Numbered from the stretch's first letter, positions 1 to 14,144 are shown. The stretch is 64,000 nt of DNA from Eledone cirrhosa (GCA_964016885.1 OZ024740.1:166222001-166286000); one strand, 5' to 3'. A program made the numbers and translations. Notes: generated by a model not told the origin, from the letters alone.

Positions 1-434
1 AAATAGAAAACTAAAAAATATTACAAAAAAAATATTACATATTAAAAATAAAAATATTAGAAAATACTACAATAATAAAAATAAACCACAAAGATCAACC
101 CTTCAAAATTAATTGACAATATATTGCCAAGTTCATTATAAGCATCAGAGTCGAAAACAGATGAAGCTAAAAATTATTTATCAAATCGCGTCTAGCAAAA
201 ATCATTTCAAAAAGTTTAGGATGCCCATTTGGTCTACATGTGTTCTTATATTTAATATAGAAGTTTATCTAGTGTAACGTTTATTCGAAATATTTGGAGC
301 ATCAACTTTTAGGGTAGTTTAATTTTTCATGAAGAATGTTTAAATAAAAATAAAAATAAAAAGAAGAATAAAAAGAAGAAATCGAAAGATTTATCGGCTA
401 GTTTCCCAAATAATTATAAATCAAACTAAATATA

Positions 435-2597
435 CTACATTTTAAATTTAAATTTATATTTAAAAGTTGAGTTTAATCTATGTTTGCAGCAACTGAATAA
501 ATTTGTCCGTAGATTAAGGGAATTTTTAGATTTTAGTATAAAGAATATCTCCTCTGCGCAGAGGTCACATGTCTCAGAGGATGAATTAAAAGGAATCCCT
601 CTTGAGACTATATTCCAAGCCGTCGAATATCTAACGTTATCTAGCTTAAGTTGCCAGAGTACGCCTGATAGTGCTGTTGAAGATTTTTTACTTGGATCTG
701 TGAAAGAATTCTTGTGGTTATTATAGCGAAGTTTAAATTCCGTCGATGTGGAACCGACGTAGTTAAAAGAATTAGAGTCAGTTTTAACATTACAATTGTA
801 TATTATATTTTTAACTAAGCAGTTGTTATTTAACGGACATTTAGATCTATCTCTACAGTTACATTTGTTAACTTGTATATTATTTATGCTATTATCACTA
901 GGTTTTAAGTTCCTATTATTTATTCTATTAATATTTTGTGCTAAATTTTTGGTGGATGAGTAGGTTAATTTTATAGTATGTCTATTGAAAATTGAGTGAT
1001 ACCTATGTGTTCTAGGGAAGCGATTATCAAGAGCTTTAAAAAATAGTTTAGCGATGTGGGTTTTAATGTTTAGTGAGAAAGGGGGGGCAAACCAAATTAT
1101 GTTCCTAGTTCTACTTCTTTTTTGGCTTTTGGAATTATTGTAATGCTTTCTATTATAGTTGTTAAGGTTGTTGCCGTAATTAAAATAGTTGTTATTTTGT
1201 TTAGTTTGTCTATCATTATCTATGTACATAATCTTATCACTATAGCCTGCTCTAGCTAACGCTTCATTGTAGTACTGGGCTTTTTCGTCGAAAATCTTTC
1301 TATTAGACGAGATTCTAGAGATACGTTTTTGAACAGAGTTTACTATAGTGTTTTTGACAGATCTGGGGTGGTTAGAGTTAAAGCTGACATAGTTTAAGTT
1401 TTCATTCAACTTGTGAAAAGGATAGTGAAGACATGTGTTGAGATTTAATGTTATATCTAGGAAATTGACTATTCTATGGTTGTTCTCAATTTCTATTTTA
1501 AGATTAAAGTAATTAAAAAATTGTGTAATTTGTTTACTTTTTCTATTTAGTTCAGAGTTATTATTATCAATAAGTAAAAGCATGTCATCACTATATAAAC
1601 CTCCGGTAGTACCAGGTATTTTCCTATGTAGCGAATTGATTAAAAATAAGCCCACAAGGTCAGTTACCTGAGCTGAGTCGGATGATCCCATAGTAATGTC
1701 AAAATTGCTATCTCTATCTGCTCTGGTCCATAGTTGGTCATTAAATTCTATCAATGTTTTCCTAGCCGATAATATAATGTGCATTTCATTGCTAGTTAGG
1801 TCTGTATGTTTGAATGCGTAATTTAGTGCCTTATTTGGTAGATTAGGGGTAATAGAAGAATAATAGTTAGCAATATCAAGTTGAATAAACTTATTATTAT
1901 TGTTATATTTAATTTGCTTAAACCACTCAACAACCTCTCCAGTTCCCTTCCACAAGCTCAGGTTAGGTAAACAATCCAAGTTCTTAATTTGCTGTATCAC
2001 CCTGTCAAGAATGTTTTTGCTTAATTTGCCCAGGTCCGATTTTGATGGTGCGATCAATCTAACTGGCAAGTCATTTTCAAAATTCCTTTTGTGATCTTTC
2101 ATATTGATCTTCGGTTTCCTGGGCACGAAAGGTTGTGTTCTGTTCTCAATTTCCAACTCGTGCATTATACAAGATGCTTCGACATTCATTTTCTCAAGCT
2201 CGGCCTTATCTGCTACCTTGTACTTTTTCCTCAGTTCCTTCAGTATGAGGCCATTATACATGTCTTTCTGCACTCCATAGAGGTTGTTGGTCTTGTCAGA
2301 TTTCACCAAGATCTTCTCAGTTTTCTCTAAGCTCTCAATATTATCCTTAATGCCTTTCAGATATTCCTGGCCTTTGAAGTTTCTCTTGAATTTGACCCCT
2401 TGTATGATAGAAATTATATCGTTTTCAAAGTCAGATAAAAGTTTGTTAGGGGGTGGATTTCTTTTAGATTTGAAAACTTTGTTTAAGTCCGAGACATTTT
2501 CATTTATATTAGATTTATCAAAGTGGAATGCTCGCCACCTGATTCTCCTTATAAAAGAGTCAGATTTATCTATTAATTGTTTTATAAAGTCTTTTCT
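435..2597 (-). CDS. Penelope-like element (PLE) polyprotein: reverse transcriptase + C-terminal GIY-YIG endonuclease
   Basis: ORF 435..2309 has PLE RT motifs (KSDKT, LDIANYYSSI, MGSSDS, LYSDD, FLDI, SNHP), linker CNCRDRSKCPLNNNC, GIY-YIG NIIY..NYVGST..FKLRYNNH, and C-terminal CDLC..E / CCKH. The frame reads open upstream to a TAG at ~2598 (RRIRWRAFHF, typical PLE N-terminus), next to a microsatellite. Confidence 0.93.
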   Translation of the reverse strand, partial: RKDFIKQLIDKSDSFIRRIRWRAFHFDKSNINENVSDLNKVFKSKRNPPPNKLLSDFENDIISIIQGVKFKRNFKGQEYLKGIKDNIESLEKTEKILVKSDKTNNLYGVQKDMYNGLILKELRKKYKVADKAELEKMNVEASCIMHELEIENRTQPFVPRKPKINMKDHKRNFENDLPVRLIAPSKSDLGKLSKNILDRVIQQIKNLDCLPNLSLWKGTGEVVEWFKQIKYNNNNKFIQLDIANYYSSITPNLPNKALNYAFKHTDLTSNEMHIILSARKTLIEFNDQLWTRADRDSNFDITMGSSDSAQVTDLVGLFLINSLHRKIPGTTGGLYSDDMLLLIDNNNSELNRKSKQITQFFNYFNLKIEIENNHRIVNFLDITLNLNTCLHYPFHKLNENLNYVSFNSNHPRSVKNTIVNSVQKRISRISSNRKIFDEKAQYYNEALARAGYSDKIMYIDNDRQTKQNNNYFNYGNNLNNYNRKHYNNSKSQKRSRTRNIIWFAPPFSLNIKTHIAKLFFKALDNRFPRTHRYHSIFNRHTIKLTYSSTKNLAQNINRINNRNLKPSDNSINNIQVNKCNCRDRSKCPLNNNCLVKNIIYNCNVKTDSNSFNYVGSTSTEFKLRYNNHKNSFTDPSKKSSTALSGVLWQLKLDNVRYSTAWNIVSRGIPFNSSSETCDLCAEEIFFILKSKNSLNLRTNLFSCCKHRLNSTFKYKFKFKM

Positions 2598-2883
2598 CTA
2601 TATATATCTATCTCTATCTATTTCCTCTCTCTATATATATATCTCTCTGTTTCTTTACATGAAGTTCTTCTCTTTATCTATCTTTCCATCTCTCTATTTT
2701 GTTGCATGCATTTCTTCTTTTTCTTCTTCTTTTTCTTCGTTTTCTTTCTTTCTTTTCTTTCTTTCCTTCTTTCTCTCTTTCTTTCTTTCTGTTTACAATT
2801 TTTCACTGCCAAATCAACTTTTTTCAAATACAAGTCGATGTTGAACGGTATGTCAAATCTATTTATCTATAAAACTGTCTATA

Positions 2884-2941
2884 TTGTCTGAGGAAGGCAT
2901 AACATATTGTTAATATGATATCCCTGAAATATATATAATGA
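2884..2941 (+). ncRNA. Hammerhead ribozyme motif (type I, weak stem I) in a probable inverted pLTR of the PLE
   Basis: TTGT-CTGAGGA-AGG..CCT-GAAA-TATATA-T-A-ATGA; homologous to 16589-16653. Confidence 0.6.
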
Positions 2942-3004
2942 AATAAATATGGTTTTATAAATATAGTTTCCATTTATTTAATATCGTATATATATATATA
3001 TATA

Positions 3005-3148
3005 TATTACAGAATAATTGTAAATGCCATCACTAGTCTCTATAAGGATACAATAGCTCAAGTACTCGTCATATATATATATGACGAGTACTTCGGCTAT
3101 TGTATCCTTATAGAACCTAGTGATGGCGTTTACAAATATTCTGTAATA
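3005..3148. mobile_element. Fold-back (palindromic) mini-element next to (TA)n
   Basis: ~65-bp imperfect inverted arms (TATTACAGAATA...GTACTCGTC / GACGAGTAC...TATTCTGTAATA) around an (AT)n centre. Confidence 0.75.
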
Positions 3149-3329
3149 CCAAGTGAATATAGAATGTTTAATAGTTTATACCGATGAATTATATGGAAGG
3201 TTGGTCTGAAATACACAAATGTTAGATGTTGTTACATAATTTGTTGAAATTCTTGCATGATTTCTCAAAAAAGTTCCTCTCGCACACTACATTTCCGTTA
3301 TAAAATTAGATTATGTTATTACCATGCGG

Positions 3330-3930
3330 AATAAGTCAAGACGTCCAACTACAACAATAATAGATGATATTGAGTTGTTAGCTGGTCGAGCTAAAGAACA
3401 CCAACTATAGTTACTATGCGTGGAAATTGAAGCTACACAAATTGGCCTACACCTAAACGAGAAAAAATATACGAGGCGAACGATTTTAAGTACCTTAGTG
3501 TCTGAATTACAAACTCGAGGAAGGATGTTAATACCAATATTGGTTGGCATCTAACAAAATTGTTTCCAACAATATGGAAATCAAACCTAAATCGAGACAT
3601 GGAGCTTAGATATTTGAAAGCAATGATAGAGTGTATGCTAATGTATGCTTTCGAAATATGGACATTAAACAAGGGCTGTTAAAGATTAATATGATCAGCA
3701 CTCATCAGGTCATGAATGAAAAATGGTGAAATGTATCGTAATCTACCAATAATAACAGCTACGAATCATTGATCACTGTTGCAGAAACAAGCACGAGGCT
3801 ATGAAACAGCTATAGCCAGGGAGACCTACTAGTCACAAAAAATTCCGAGGAAGAAATTATCTCATGTACATCGAAGAACTACAACAGGATCCTTGAAGAG
3901 TCTGCTTGTTGCTATGACTATTAGTGTCTA
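3330..3930 (+). pseudogene. Degenerate RTE-clade LINE RT C-terminal fragment
   Basis: Translates to LRYLKAMIECMLMYAFEIWTL, like RTE 'FRATVESVLLYGCETWTL'; also a DDI.L and GLHLN..K remnant. Confidence 0.55.
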
Positions 3931-4003
3931 CTGGTGGTTATCTGTATCGAGCGACCGGGTTCGCTCAATCTGAAAAATAGATATACATATATATGTGAAT
4001 TAG

Positions 4004-4047
<44 letters not shown>

Positions 4048-5499
4048 TATTTGCATGAGTGCGTGCGGGTGCACACGTGTGTGTACGGCTGTGATTTTGA
4101 ATTCACGTTTTAGTGTATGTGATAAACAAAAATGACGAATAGGAGAAATGAAGAATTTAACGTTTCAGTATATTGCTTTTTGTCTCGGAGTGGATAAGAA
4201 AGAGAGAATGCTAATGTCGCAGTGCAAGTGAATAATAAAGTAATGGGAGTGAATGAGTGGTAAGGGGCCTTTAATCCAAAGGAAATGATTAGCGCAAAGA
4301 GAGAGATATTGTGTTGTGAGCTAGAAGTTTGGAATGCAAAAAGAACGAAGCAATCTAATATGTTAGAAAAACAGATTAGACATTCAATGTTGGATTGCCA
4401 GCCAAATAATGCAAATAATGCAAATAATGCGTTATTTAAAAAAAAACACAAACAGTGTAGAAGCATAGTTAATTATGACAACATTTCCAATTGACTTTCT
4501 TTAAAGTTAGGTTTCAAATAACGCAACTGAACATTACCAATTATAAAGGGCCTCTAGTGAATGGTTCAGATCTCGTGTTGCGTGGCTTTTTTAGGGACAC
4601 CATTTCTTTCCGGTCACGTGGAGGAACAGGATTGTGGCCCTGATAAAATTTGGTTTGGTAGATTAGCAGGATAGTGACATACATTGATATATGGTTTTAT
4701 TTGATATTGCCGAGATTCACGCAGGTGTGCTATTGTTATATATACCGCTTCGAGGATAATGTATCTGCCCTCCAAAAGCCTCTGTGCCAGGTGGAGCTAA
4801 GATAGATATCGAAAGGCAGTGGGTTAAAATTGACTGAGGCGTCTTTTTCCGGTGCCAGCAAAATAATAATAAAATAAAATAACGTTGCTCCAGCTGATGT
4901 ATTCCAAATGTTGCTGTAATATGTATGACATTTACTAGAGGCTACTCTGTTGTGGTCCACGGGCTGAATGAATGGTACACTATTAAGTGTTTTCTAATTA
5001 ATGTAAGGAATCTGTTGACTTGGTCCTAGAGATTCCAGATGAAAGAGGAGAGGGATATTCCCTGTTTCTGAGTCTAAAGTGCATATCATCAATACCGTCC
5101 TGTTATCAGAATCCATCCATTGAGGTCCTTTATAGCATGCTACATTAAAAAAAAACATATCGATATATGTATCTATCTATGTATGTATACATACAATTAC
5201 ACACACGTACATGCAGCTACATACACACATACAAACAATTACACACACAAACACATATATAATCATATGTCTGTGTAATAAACGTATGTATATATATGTA
5301 CACGTATGTATATCATGGTTACAAAAACTATCTCGTGGATATTAAATGATATTTATTTGGGAGCGCATGCGCATCATTAGTTTTTTTTTAGATAATACAC
5401 AGCTGTAATGTTTCACATTTCAATAAAAGAGGACTCTTTTGTAATTAATAATGAATCACCAAAAGTCTATTTTAACTATAATGTGTAACAATTCAGGTT

Positions 5500-6725
5500 A
5501 TATATGAGGTGTAATTGATAATCCTTCTCGAAGTAGGTCTCTTGTAAACACACGCACATAATCCCGCGTTCCTTCTATTGTTCGAAGTTCGTCTGGAATG
5601 CTACTACAGGAATAGATCTCAGCTCTACAAGCGATGTCCACATTATGTCCTCTAGGCTCTCAAAGTGGGAGCTTCTTTATTTTTTAGACCAATCAGACGT
5701 CAGAATGAACCATATCTGGGGACTATGGAACCTGGCAAATTAGCAAGATACATTTCTTGGCCAAGAAACCTCGGATGAGCTGTAATTAATAAGCAGGGAA
5801 TTGTTGTGATGCAGCTGATAGTTTCGTGAGGCATACAGATTCGGTCTCTTGCGTTAAGTTGTATGATGAAGACGTCAGAGAACTACGTGATAATATTTCT
5901 TTCTAACTGCCTGTCCTTCTGGAGCGTATTCTTGATGCACAATACCTTTGTCATAGTATATAGCAGTTAGTATCAACCTGATTTTTTGCTCCGCTCCTGG
6001 TGTGTTTTCTCGGGCCTTATCGACATTTGGTGTTTCCACTGTTTACTTAACAATGATTTTCGGGTCGTAGCCGTACACCCGCATCCCATCAACCACTTCT
6101 TACGACATTCAGGCGATTAGGATCCTTCTTGGCACTATCCAGCAAGTTCTACGCAACCCGAAAACGAAGTAGTGGTCCCTGAGCCCAGCTTTCTCTGCAC
6201 AAATATTCCTATAAAGTTGCTTGTACATATTCTTTACTGATTCTAACCTTTCCTAATTTCTTCCTGATTTCCTACGCCTTCAAAAAACGTTCTTTAATTA
6301 TCAAGATCCACAGTATCTCGATAGCAACTGCATTGCAGGTTTCTGTTTGTTCTGTCAGAGGTTTTATCAACTCCACCGATGTGCGGTTATCTTTGAACCT
6401 GTTGTACCGTTCTGTTACTTATGTAACCCCTATTGTATTGTCACAAAACATCCTGTTGAATTAGGCAAATTATTTCAGCTCAGTGTGTTTGGAAAAACTT
6501 GATGCAAGAACGCTGCTTCACATGCTACTTCATCAAAGATGAAATGAAAATGCGACGAATAAATGCTAGAGTGCCGCACATGCAAGCAGGCGGACAGTGA
6601 CTAACGATGCAGCGTATGAGTGTATGCGTCTCCACTCTGTACACTGTCTCCCTAACGTAATTATTTCCCACAGGAACAAAAAACAACAACATTAAGTCGG
6701 ACACTTTTTTCGATAGACTTTGTAT
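5500..6725 (-). mobile_element. Degenerate mariner/Tc1 DNA transposon
   Basis: Minus-strand VYGYDP at ~6060-6080, LHHNN (HDNA-like) remnant, and TIR-like end AGTCGGACACTTTTTTCGATAGACTTTGTA at ~6695-6724. Confidence 0.65.
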
Positions 6726-7571
6726 ACCATATTAATATGTACGATATCATATTCAATGCACTGTAATTTGCTGAATGTTACATGACGATAAGTATATTTT
6801 CGGTTTAGGAAGGATTGATGGAGGATTGCACATTTGATTACTTCATACGATGCCTTTCTGTTTATTACACAGATTTACTTTTAAGAAGATCAACTCATAC
6901 ATTGTTTTGCAAGATTACTCACACGCCTACAGTGAGTTATCAAGGGTTTCGTCTTAATATGGTTTGGATCACATCTATGACAGTGTGTGAGGATCTTCAC
7001 CGTTTTTGTCAAATTCTCATAATGAAAGTGAAACCTTAAAGATAACAGATAGCTGCTTTCTTATTAATAAAATCCCTGAGAACAGCTTATTCATACCACA
7101 CAACTTTCTTAATCGATAGGATCATGTGTAGCTGTTAAGGTTATTTAGATTGGCTATTCCTGTCATATGTTAGCGAGCGGGTTAATCAAATCAGTGATTT
7201 TCATTTTGGAACTTAATTGACTATATCATGTACGAAGGGAAAGTAAACGAGTTTTCTCGTGTAAAGCGAAGACACATTGTAGATTGTGTCAACCTTTGGC
7301 AATTTTACCTGACATCTGAGTCACTAAGCAATTAGGCTGTTTAAAATGCATCCAGTCTGTTCTTATAAAAACCCAATTGAACTCAAGTCATCATGCGTTA
7401 ATTGTCGAACGTGAATCGACATCATCTGTTGACTCAGAGCACAGCTTAAACAGAACTGTGCGAAGATCTATCATCAGATGCCTACTTAATAATAAAGAGA
7501 GACTTCTGCCAGGAAAATGAAGTCGGGAAGCTAACGACGAGTGGGAGGTGTAACTAATATACAATTTACTC

Positions 7572-7687
7572 TATGTATGTATGTATGTATGTATGTATGT
7601 ATGTATGTATGTATGTATGTATGTATGTATGTATGTATGTATGTATGCATGTATGTATGGGTGTATGTATGTATGTATATATGTATG

Positions 7688-7724
<37 letters not shown>
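7572..7724. repeat. (TATG)n/(TA)n microsatellite
   Basis: Direct reading. Confidence 0.95.
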
Positions 7725-7728
<4 letters not shown>

Positions 7729-8756
7729 GCATAAATATATGTATATGTGGCTGGGTTACACGAGCGGACAACACAATAGTCTGACGCATATTTAAATACT
7801 TGTTAGAGACACTCCACAAACCCATACACTCCCACCCTCCCACACACATACACATTAACAGTCGCACATACATACACCCCCCCCCCCCCCCACACACATA
7901 CACGCTCACACGCAATCGCTCAAATATTTCACATATATAGCAGTGGTATGTTAGAATACATCGAAAATTTAGACAGCCGTGCCGCACCAAACTAATCAAT
8001 CAATTTAAGATTTTCTTTCGATACGTCTCATTAGTTCTGCAAGGCAATAAAGCATTTATCAAAGTTGACGTACGACGGCCGGCGCCTATCTTGGCACCAA
8101 TCCGTCCATTTACAACCATGTACTGATTGATGAAGGAAAATTTCACAAATTTACTTGAATTTATTCTTCGCCCTCTCTTTAATTCTGGCATATTTACTAA
8201 ACATTCTATGGAATTATCTTTTGATATGAGATGAAATTTGAAAACAACAACAGCAACAACAATAATTATAATGATGATGATGATGTGATCTCATTCACAG
8301 CTGGCATCAACCTTAACGACAGTCACAACACTAATAATAACATAACAAACAATAACAAAGAAAAATAATAAAAAATAACGAAAATACGAATAATTAACAG
8401 CGAATATAGTATCGATAGTGACAGCAAACTTAGCATCACCAGTAACAGCAGTAACAATAACAACAATAACAGCAAAAAGAAAATGAACAACATATATATA
8501 ACACAAAAAACGGAATCAACCAGGAAAAAAACACAACGAACAGAGACTTCGTATTTGAGAGCAAGCAAGAATAACAACAGCAGTAAAGAATGACTACCAC
8601 ATTTAGAACAGCATCAACAACAATAACAATACAATAAGAACAACAATATCAATGACAACTGGGATGACTATAATACTATCAGAAACAAATGCAAGAAAAT
8701 ATGAAGATATATAGAAAAATATCCCTAATAAACAATTACCTACAAAATATAACAAA

Positions 8757-8910
<154 letters not shown>

Positions 8911-9179
8911 CAACAAAATAACACCAAAAGCAACTAAAAGAACAAACAAGAGAAGCAATGGCATTATCAACACCAACAAAACAAAAACAGTTGCAGCATC
9001 AGTAGCAGCAGTTGTAACAGCAGCAGTATCAGCAGTAGAAGCGGCAACAAAACATTAATAAATAAAATGACAGCTGCAGGACAACAGCAGCAGTAACAGC
9101 AGTAGAGATGATACCCGCAACAACAATGATAACAACAATAACGATAACTTCAAGCCAGTATCAACAACTACAAAAGTGA

Positions 9180-12100
9180 CAACAACAGCAATTATAAAAA
9201 AAACAAGGTAACAACCGAAATAACAACAACAACAGCAGCAATTATAAAAAAGCAAGGTAACAACCGAAATAACAACAACAACAGCAGCAACTATAAAAAA
9301 GCAAGGTAATAACCGAAATAACAACAACAACAGCAACAATTATAAAAAAGCAAGGTAACAACCGAAATAACAACAACAACAGCAGCAACTATAAAAAAAC
9401 AAGGTAACAACCGAAATAACAACAACAACAACAGCAATTATAAAAAAGCAAGGTAACAACCGAAATAACAACAACAACAGCAGCAATTATAAAAAACCAA
9501 GGTAACAACCGAAATGACAACAACAACAGCAGCAACTATAAAAAAGCAAGGTAACAACCGAAATAACAACAACAACAGCAGCAATTATAAAAAAGCAAGG
9601 TAACAACCGAAATAACAACAACAACAGCAGCAACTATAAAAAAGCAAGGTAATAACCGAAATAACAACAACAACAGCAACAATTATAAAAAAGCAAGGTA
9701 ACAACCGAAATAACAACAACAACAGCAGCAACTATAAAAAAACAAGGTAACAACCGAAATAACAACAACAACAACAGCAATTATAAAAAAGCAAGGTAAC
9801 AACCGAAATAACAACAACAACAGCAGCAATTATAAAAAACCAAGGTAACAACCGAAATGACAACAACAACAACAGCAACTATAAAAAAGCAAGGTAACAA
9901 CCGAAATAACAACAACAACAACAGCAATTATAAAAAAGCAAGGTAACAACCGAAATAACAACAACAACAGCAGCAATTATAAAAAAGCAAGGTAACAACC
10001 GAAATAACAACAACAACAGCTGCAATTATAAAAAAGCAAGGTAACAACCGAAATAACAACAACAACAGCAGCAATTATAAAAAACCAAGGTAAAAACCGA
10101 AATAACAACAACAACAGCAGCAACTATAAAAAAGCAAGGTAACAACCGAAATAACAACAACAACAACAGCAATTATAAAAAACGAAGGTAACAACAGAAA
10201 TAACAACAACAACAGCAGCAACTATAAAAAAGCAAGGTAACAACCGAAATAACAACAACAACAGCAGCAATTATAGAAAACCAAGGTAAAAACCGAAATA
10301 ACAACAACAACAGCAGCAATTATAAAAAGCAAGGTAACAACCGAAATAACAACAACAACAGCAGCAACTATAAAAAAGCAAGGTAACAACCGAAATAACA
10401 ACAACAACAGCAGCAATTATAAAAAAGCAAGGTAACAACCGAAATGACAACAACAACAGCAGCAACTATAAAAAAGCAAGGTAACAACCGAATTAACAAC
10501 AACAGCAGCAATTATAAAAAAGCAAGGTAACAACCGAAATAACAACAACAACAGCAGCAATTATAAAAAGCATGGTAATAACCGAAATAACAACAACAAC
10601 AGCAGCAATTATAAAAAGCAAGGTAACAACCGAAATAACAACAACAACAGCAGCAATTATAAAAAGCAAGGTAACAACCGAAATAACAACAACAACAGCA
10701 GCAATTATAAAAAAGCAAGGTAACAACCGAAATAACAACAACAACAGCAGCAATTATAAAAAAGCAAGGTAACAACCGAAATAACAACAACAACAGCAGC
10801 AACTATAAAAAAGCAAGGTAACAACCGAATTAACAACAACAGCAGCAATTATAAAAAAGCAAGGTATCAACCGAAATAACAACAACAACAGCAGCAATTA
10901 TAAAAAGCAAGGTAATAACCGAAATAACAACAACAACAGCAGCAATTATAAAAAGCAAGGTAACAACCGAAATAACAACAACAACAGCAGCAATTATAAA
11001 AAGCAATGTAACAACCGAAATAACAACAACAACAGCTGCAATTATAAAAAAGCAAGGTAACAACCGAAATAACAACAACAACAGCTGCAATTATAAAAAA
11101 GCAAGGTAACAACCGAAATAACAACAACAACAGCTGCAATTATAAAAAAGCAAGGTAACAACCGAATTAACAACAACAACAGCAATTATAAAAAAGCAAG
11201 GTAGCAACCGAAATAACAACAACAACAGCAATTATAAAAAAGCAAGGTAGCAACCGAAATAACAACAACAACAGCAATTATAAAAAACCAAGGTAAAAAC
11301 CGAAATAACAACAACAACAGCAGCAACTATAAAAAAGCAAGGTAACAACCGAAATAACAACAGCAACAGCAGCAACTATAAAAAAGCAAGGTAACAACCG
11401 AAATAACAACAACAACAGCAGCAACTATAAAAAAGCAAGGTAACAACCGAATTAACAACAACAGCAGCAATTATAAAAAACCAAGGTAAAAACCGAAATA
11501 ACAACAACAACAGCAGCAATTATAAAAAGCAAGGTAACAACCGAAATAACAACAACAACAGCAGCAACTATAAAAAAGCAAGGTAACAACCGAAATAACA
11601 ACAACAACAGCAATTATAAAAAACAAAGGTAACAACCGAAATAACAACAACAACAGCAGCAACTATAAAAAAGCAAGGTAACAACCGAAATAACAACAAC
11701 AACAGCAGCAACTATAAAAAACCAAGGTAAAAACCGAAATAACAACAACAACAGCAGCAACTATAAAAAAGCAAGGTAACAACCGAAATAACAACAACAA
11801 CAACAGCAATTATAAAAAACGAAGGTAACAACCGAAATAACAACAACAACAGCAGCAACTATAAAAAACCAAGGTAAAAACCGAAATAACAACAACAACA
11901 GCAGCAACTATAAAAAAGCAAGGTAACAACCGAAATAACAACAACAACAACAGCAATTATAAAAAACGAAGGTAACAACCGAAATAACAACAACAACAGC
12001 AGCAACTATAAAAAACCAAGGTAACAACCGAAATAACAACAACAACAGCAGCAATTATAAAAAACCAAGGTAAAAACCGAAATAACAACAACAACAGCAG

Positions 12101-12471
12101 CAATTATAAAAAGCAAGGTAACAACCGAAATAACAACAACAACAGCAGCAACTATAAAAAAGCAAGGTAACAACCGAATTAACAACACAGCAGCAATTAT
12201 AAAAAAGCAAGGTAACAACCGAAATAACAACAACAACAGCAGCAATTATAAAAAGCAAGGTAACAACCGAAATAACAACAACAACAGCAGCAACTATAAA
12301 AAAGCAAGGTAACAACCGAATTAACAACAACAGCAGCAATTATAAAAAAGCAAGGTAACAACCGAAATAACAACAACAACAGCAGCAATTATAAAAAGCA
12401 AGGTAACAACCGAAATAACAACAACAACAGCAGCAATTATAAAAAGCAAGGTAACAACCGAAATAACAACA
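9180..12471. repeat. Minisatellite, 48-49-bp unit, roughly 67 copies
   Basis: Unit AAAAAAGCAAGGTAACAACCGAAATAACAACAACAACAGCAGCAATTAT repeated over ~3.3 kb with minor variants. Confidence 0.97.
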
Positions 12472-12768
12472 AAATAGACATAAAAATCAGCAACCATAAG
12501 AACTACAACAACTAGCAAGAAAAATGTAATATTATTAGTAGCAAATGTAATAACAATAACATTGCTAAAAGAAAAAAAAAAGATGACAACAACTACACCG
12601 ATAACGATGACAACGACGACAGCTAAATGATAAAGTGTAAATTGATGTCACATTGACATCAAATTTAATCAATTCGATAGAAGAATAGCGTTCGCCATGT
12701 TGTTATTTAATATTTAGAAATAAAATGTTTCCACCTGAGTTTCAGTAATGATGCGAGGAGTGTATACA

Positions 12769-12880
<112 letters not shown>

Positions 12881-12912
12881 TACACACATATATATTTCGT
12901 GTGTCACACCTC

Positions 12913-12951
<39 letters not shown>

Positions 12952-13614
12952 ATACTTTGGGAGGGTCATGTTGCCAATAAGAAACACACGCACCAGCTGC
13001 TTTCACTTCAATTTATTACATATTTATAAATTTATAGTTAATATACCAGATAGTTGTTTATATATAGTCATAGTCCTTTCGTCACACACTCTGTGACCTC
13101 TTCAGTGACTGGGGATTCCTTTCTTTGTTTCTGTGCCTTTCCTTTCTTCTGTCCTACGCCATTTTGTTTCTGTGTGTGTGTTGTGTGCTCAGTTTGCGCA
13201 TGCGTCACATCCCGGTGTCTGTGTGTGTTTGTGTTCATTTATCTATTTGTTTATTTATTTATTTATTTATTTACATGTTGTTGGTTGGTTGTTTGTTCTA
13301 TGTGTGTGTGTGTTTTCATTTTGTCCTTAATTGTAAGTTGTGATGTTGCTGTTCCACTCATATTTTCTATTTAATTTTGGTTGTAATTCTTTTATGCTTA
13401 CTGCCTCTGTAATACGCAAACACATATATGTCTCTTGTGGTTGTTTGCATAAACGTATATGTAAATTAATTATTTATTTTATTTTACTGGTTTTAATCAA
13501 TACATTGTCTTCTAATGAGGACACTGAAATGAAGGGTTTTTGATCATGATATCGACCTCAATATTTGTTTTCCTTTTTGTCACTTATTTCACCGATCACC
13601 TTTTTTGTCTAAAT

Positions 13615-13803
<189 letters not shown>

Positions 13804-13829
13804 TTATATGTATATATATATGTATATAT

Positions 13830-13998
13830 GTAGGAGGTGAGTTTTATTGTAGTACAATAAAGCAATGCAGATATCGGATAAGAAGCACTCTACAGTTTGT
13901 AGGACTGGAGTATACATAATATATAAGATCAAAAGATGGTTAAATGTGTTCCATACATGGAACTCATTTAACCATCTTTTGATCTTATATATTATATA
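13830..13998 (-). mobile_element. Fold-back mini-element with one-sided tail, in (TA)n
   Basis: Hairpin ATAATATATAAGATCAAAAGATGGTTAAATG..CCAT / ATGG..CATTTAACCATCTTTTGATCTTATATATTAT (13916-13995) plus a unique ~80-bp extension on the left. Confidence 0.7.
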
Positions 13999-14144
13999 TG
14001 TATATATATACATACATATATATATATATGTATATATACATATATAATATATATATGCTGTTTATAAATAAGGGGAGGGGGTGCATGCGTGTGTGTATGT
14101 ACTAGGTGGAATGTCAGATTAAAAAATGTCGGATGGAAAATGCC

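Noticed and set aside
8000-8191. GC-richer 63-aa ORF or small exon on the minus strand
   Set aside because: No recognisable domain; the plausible donor gives a phase that does not match the 4994-5139 candidate.
9180-12471. CRISPR-like regular repeat
   Set aside because: No unique spacers, no cas genes, eukaryotic context; a plain tandem minisatellite.
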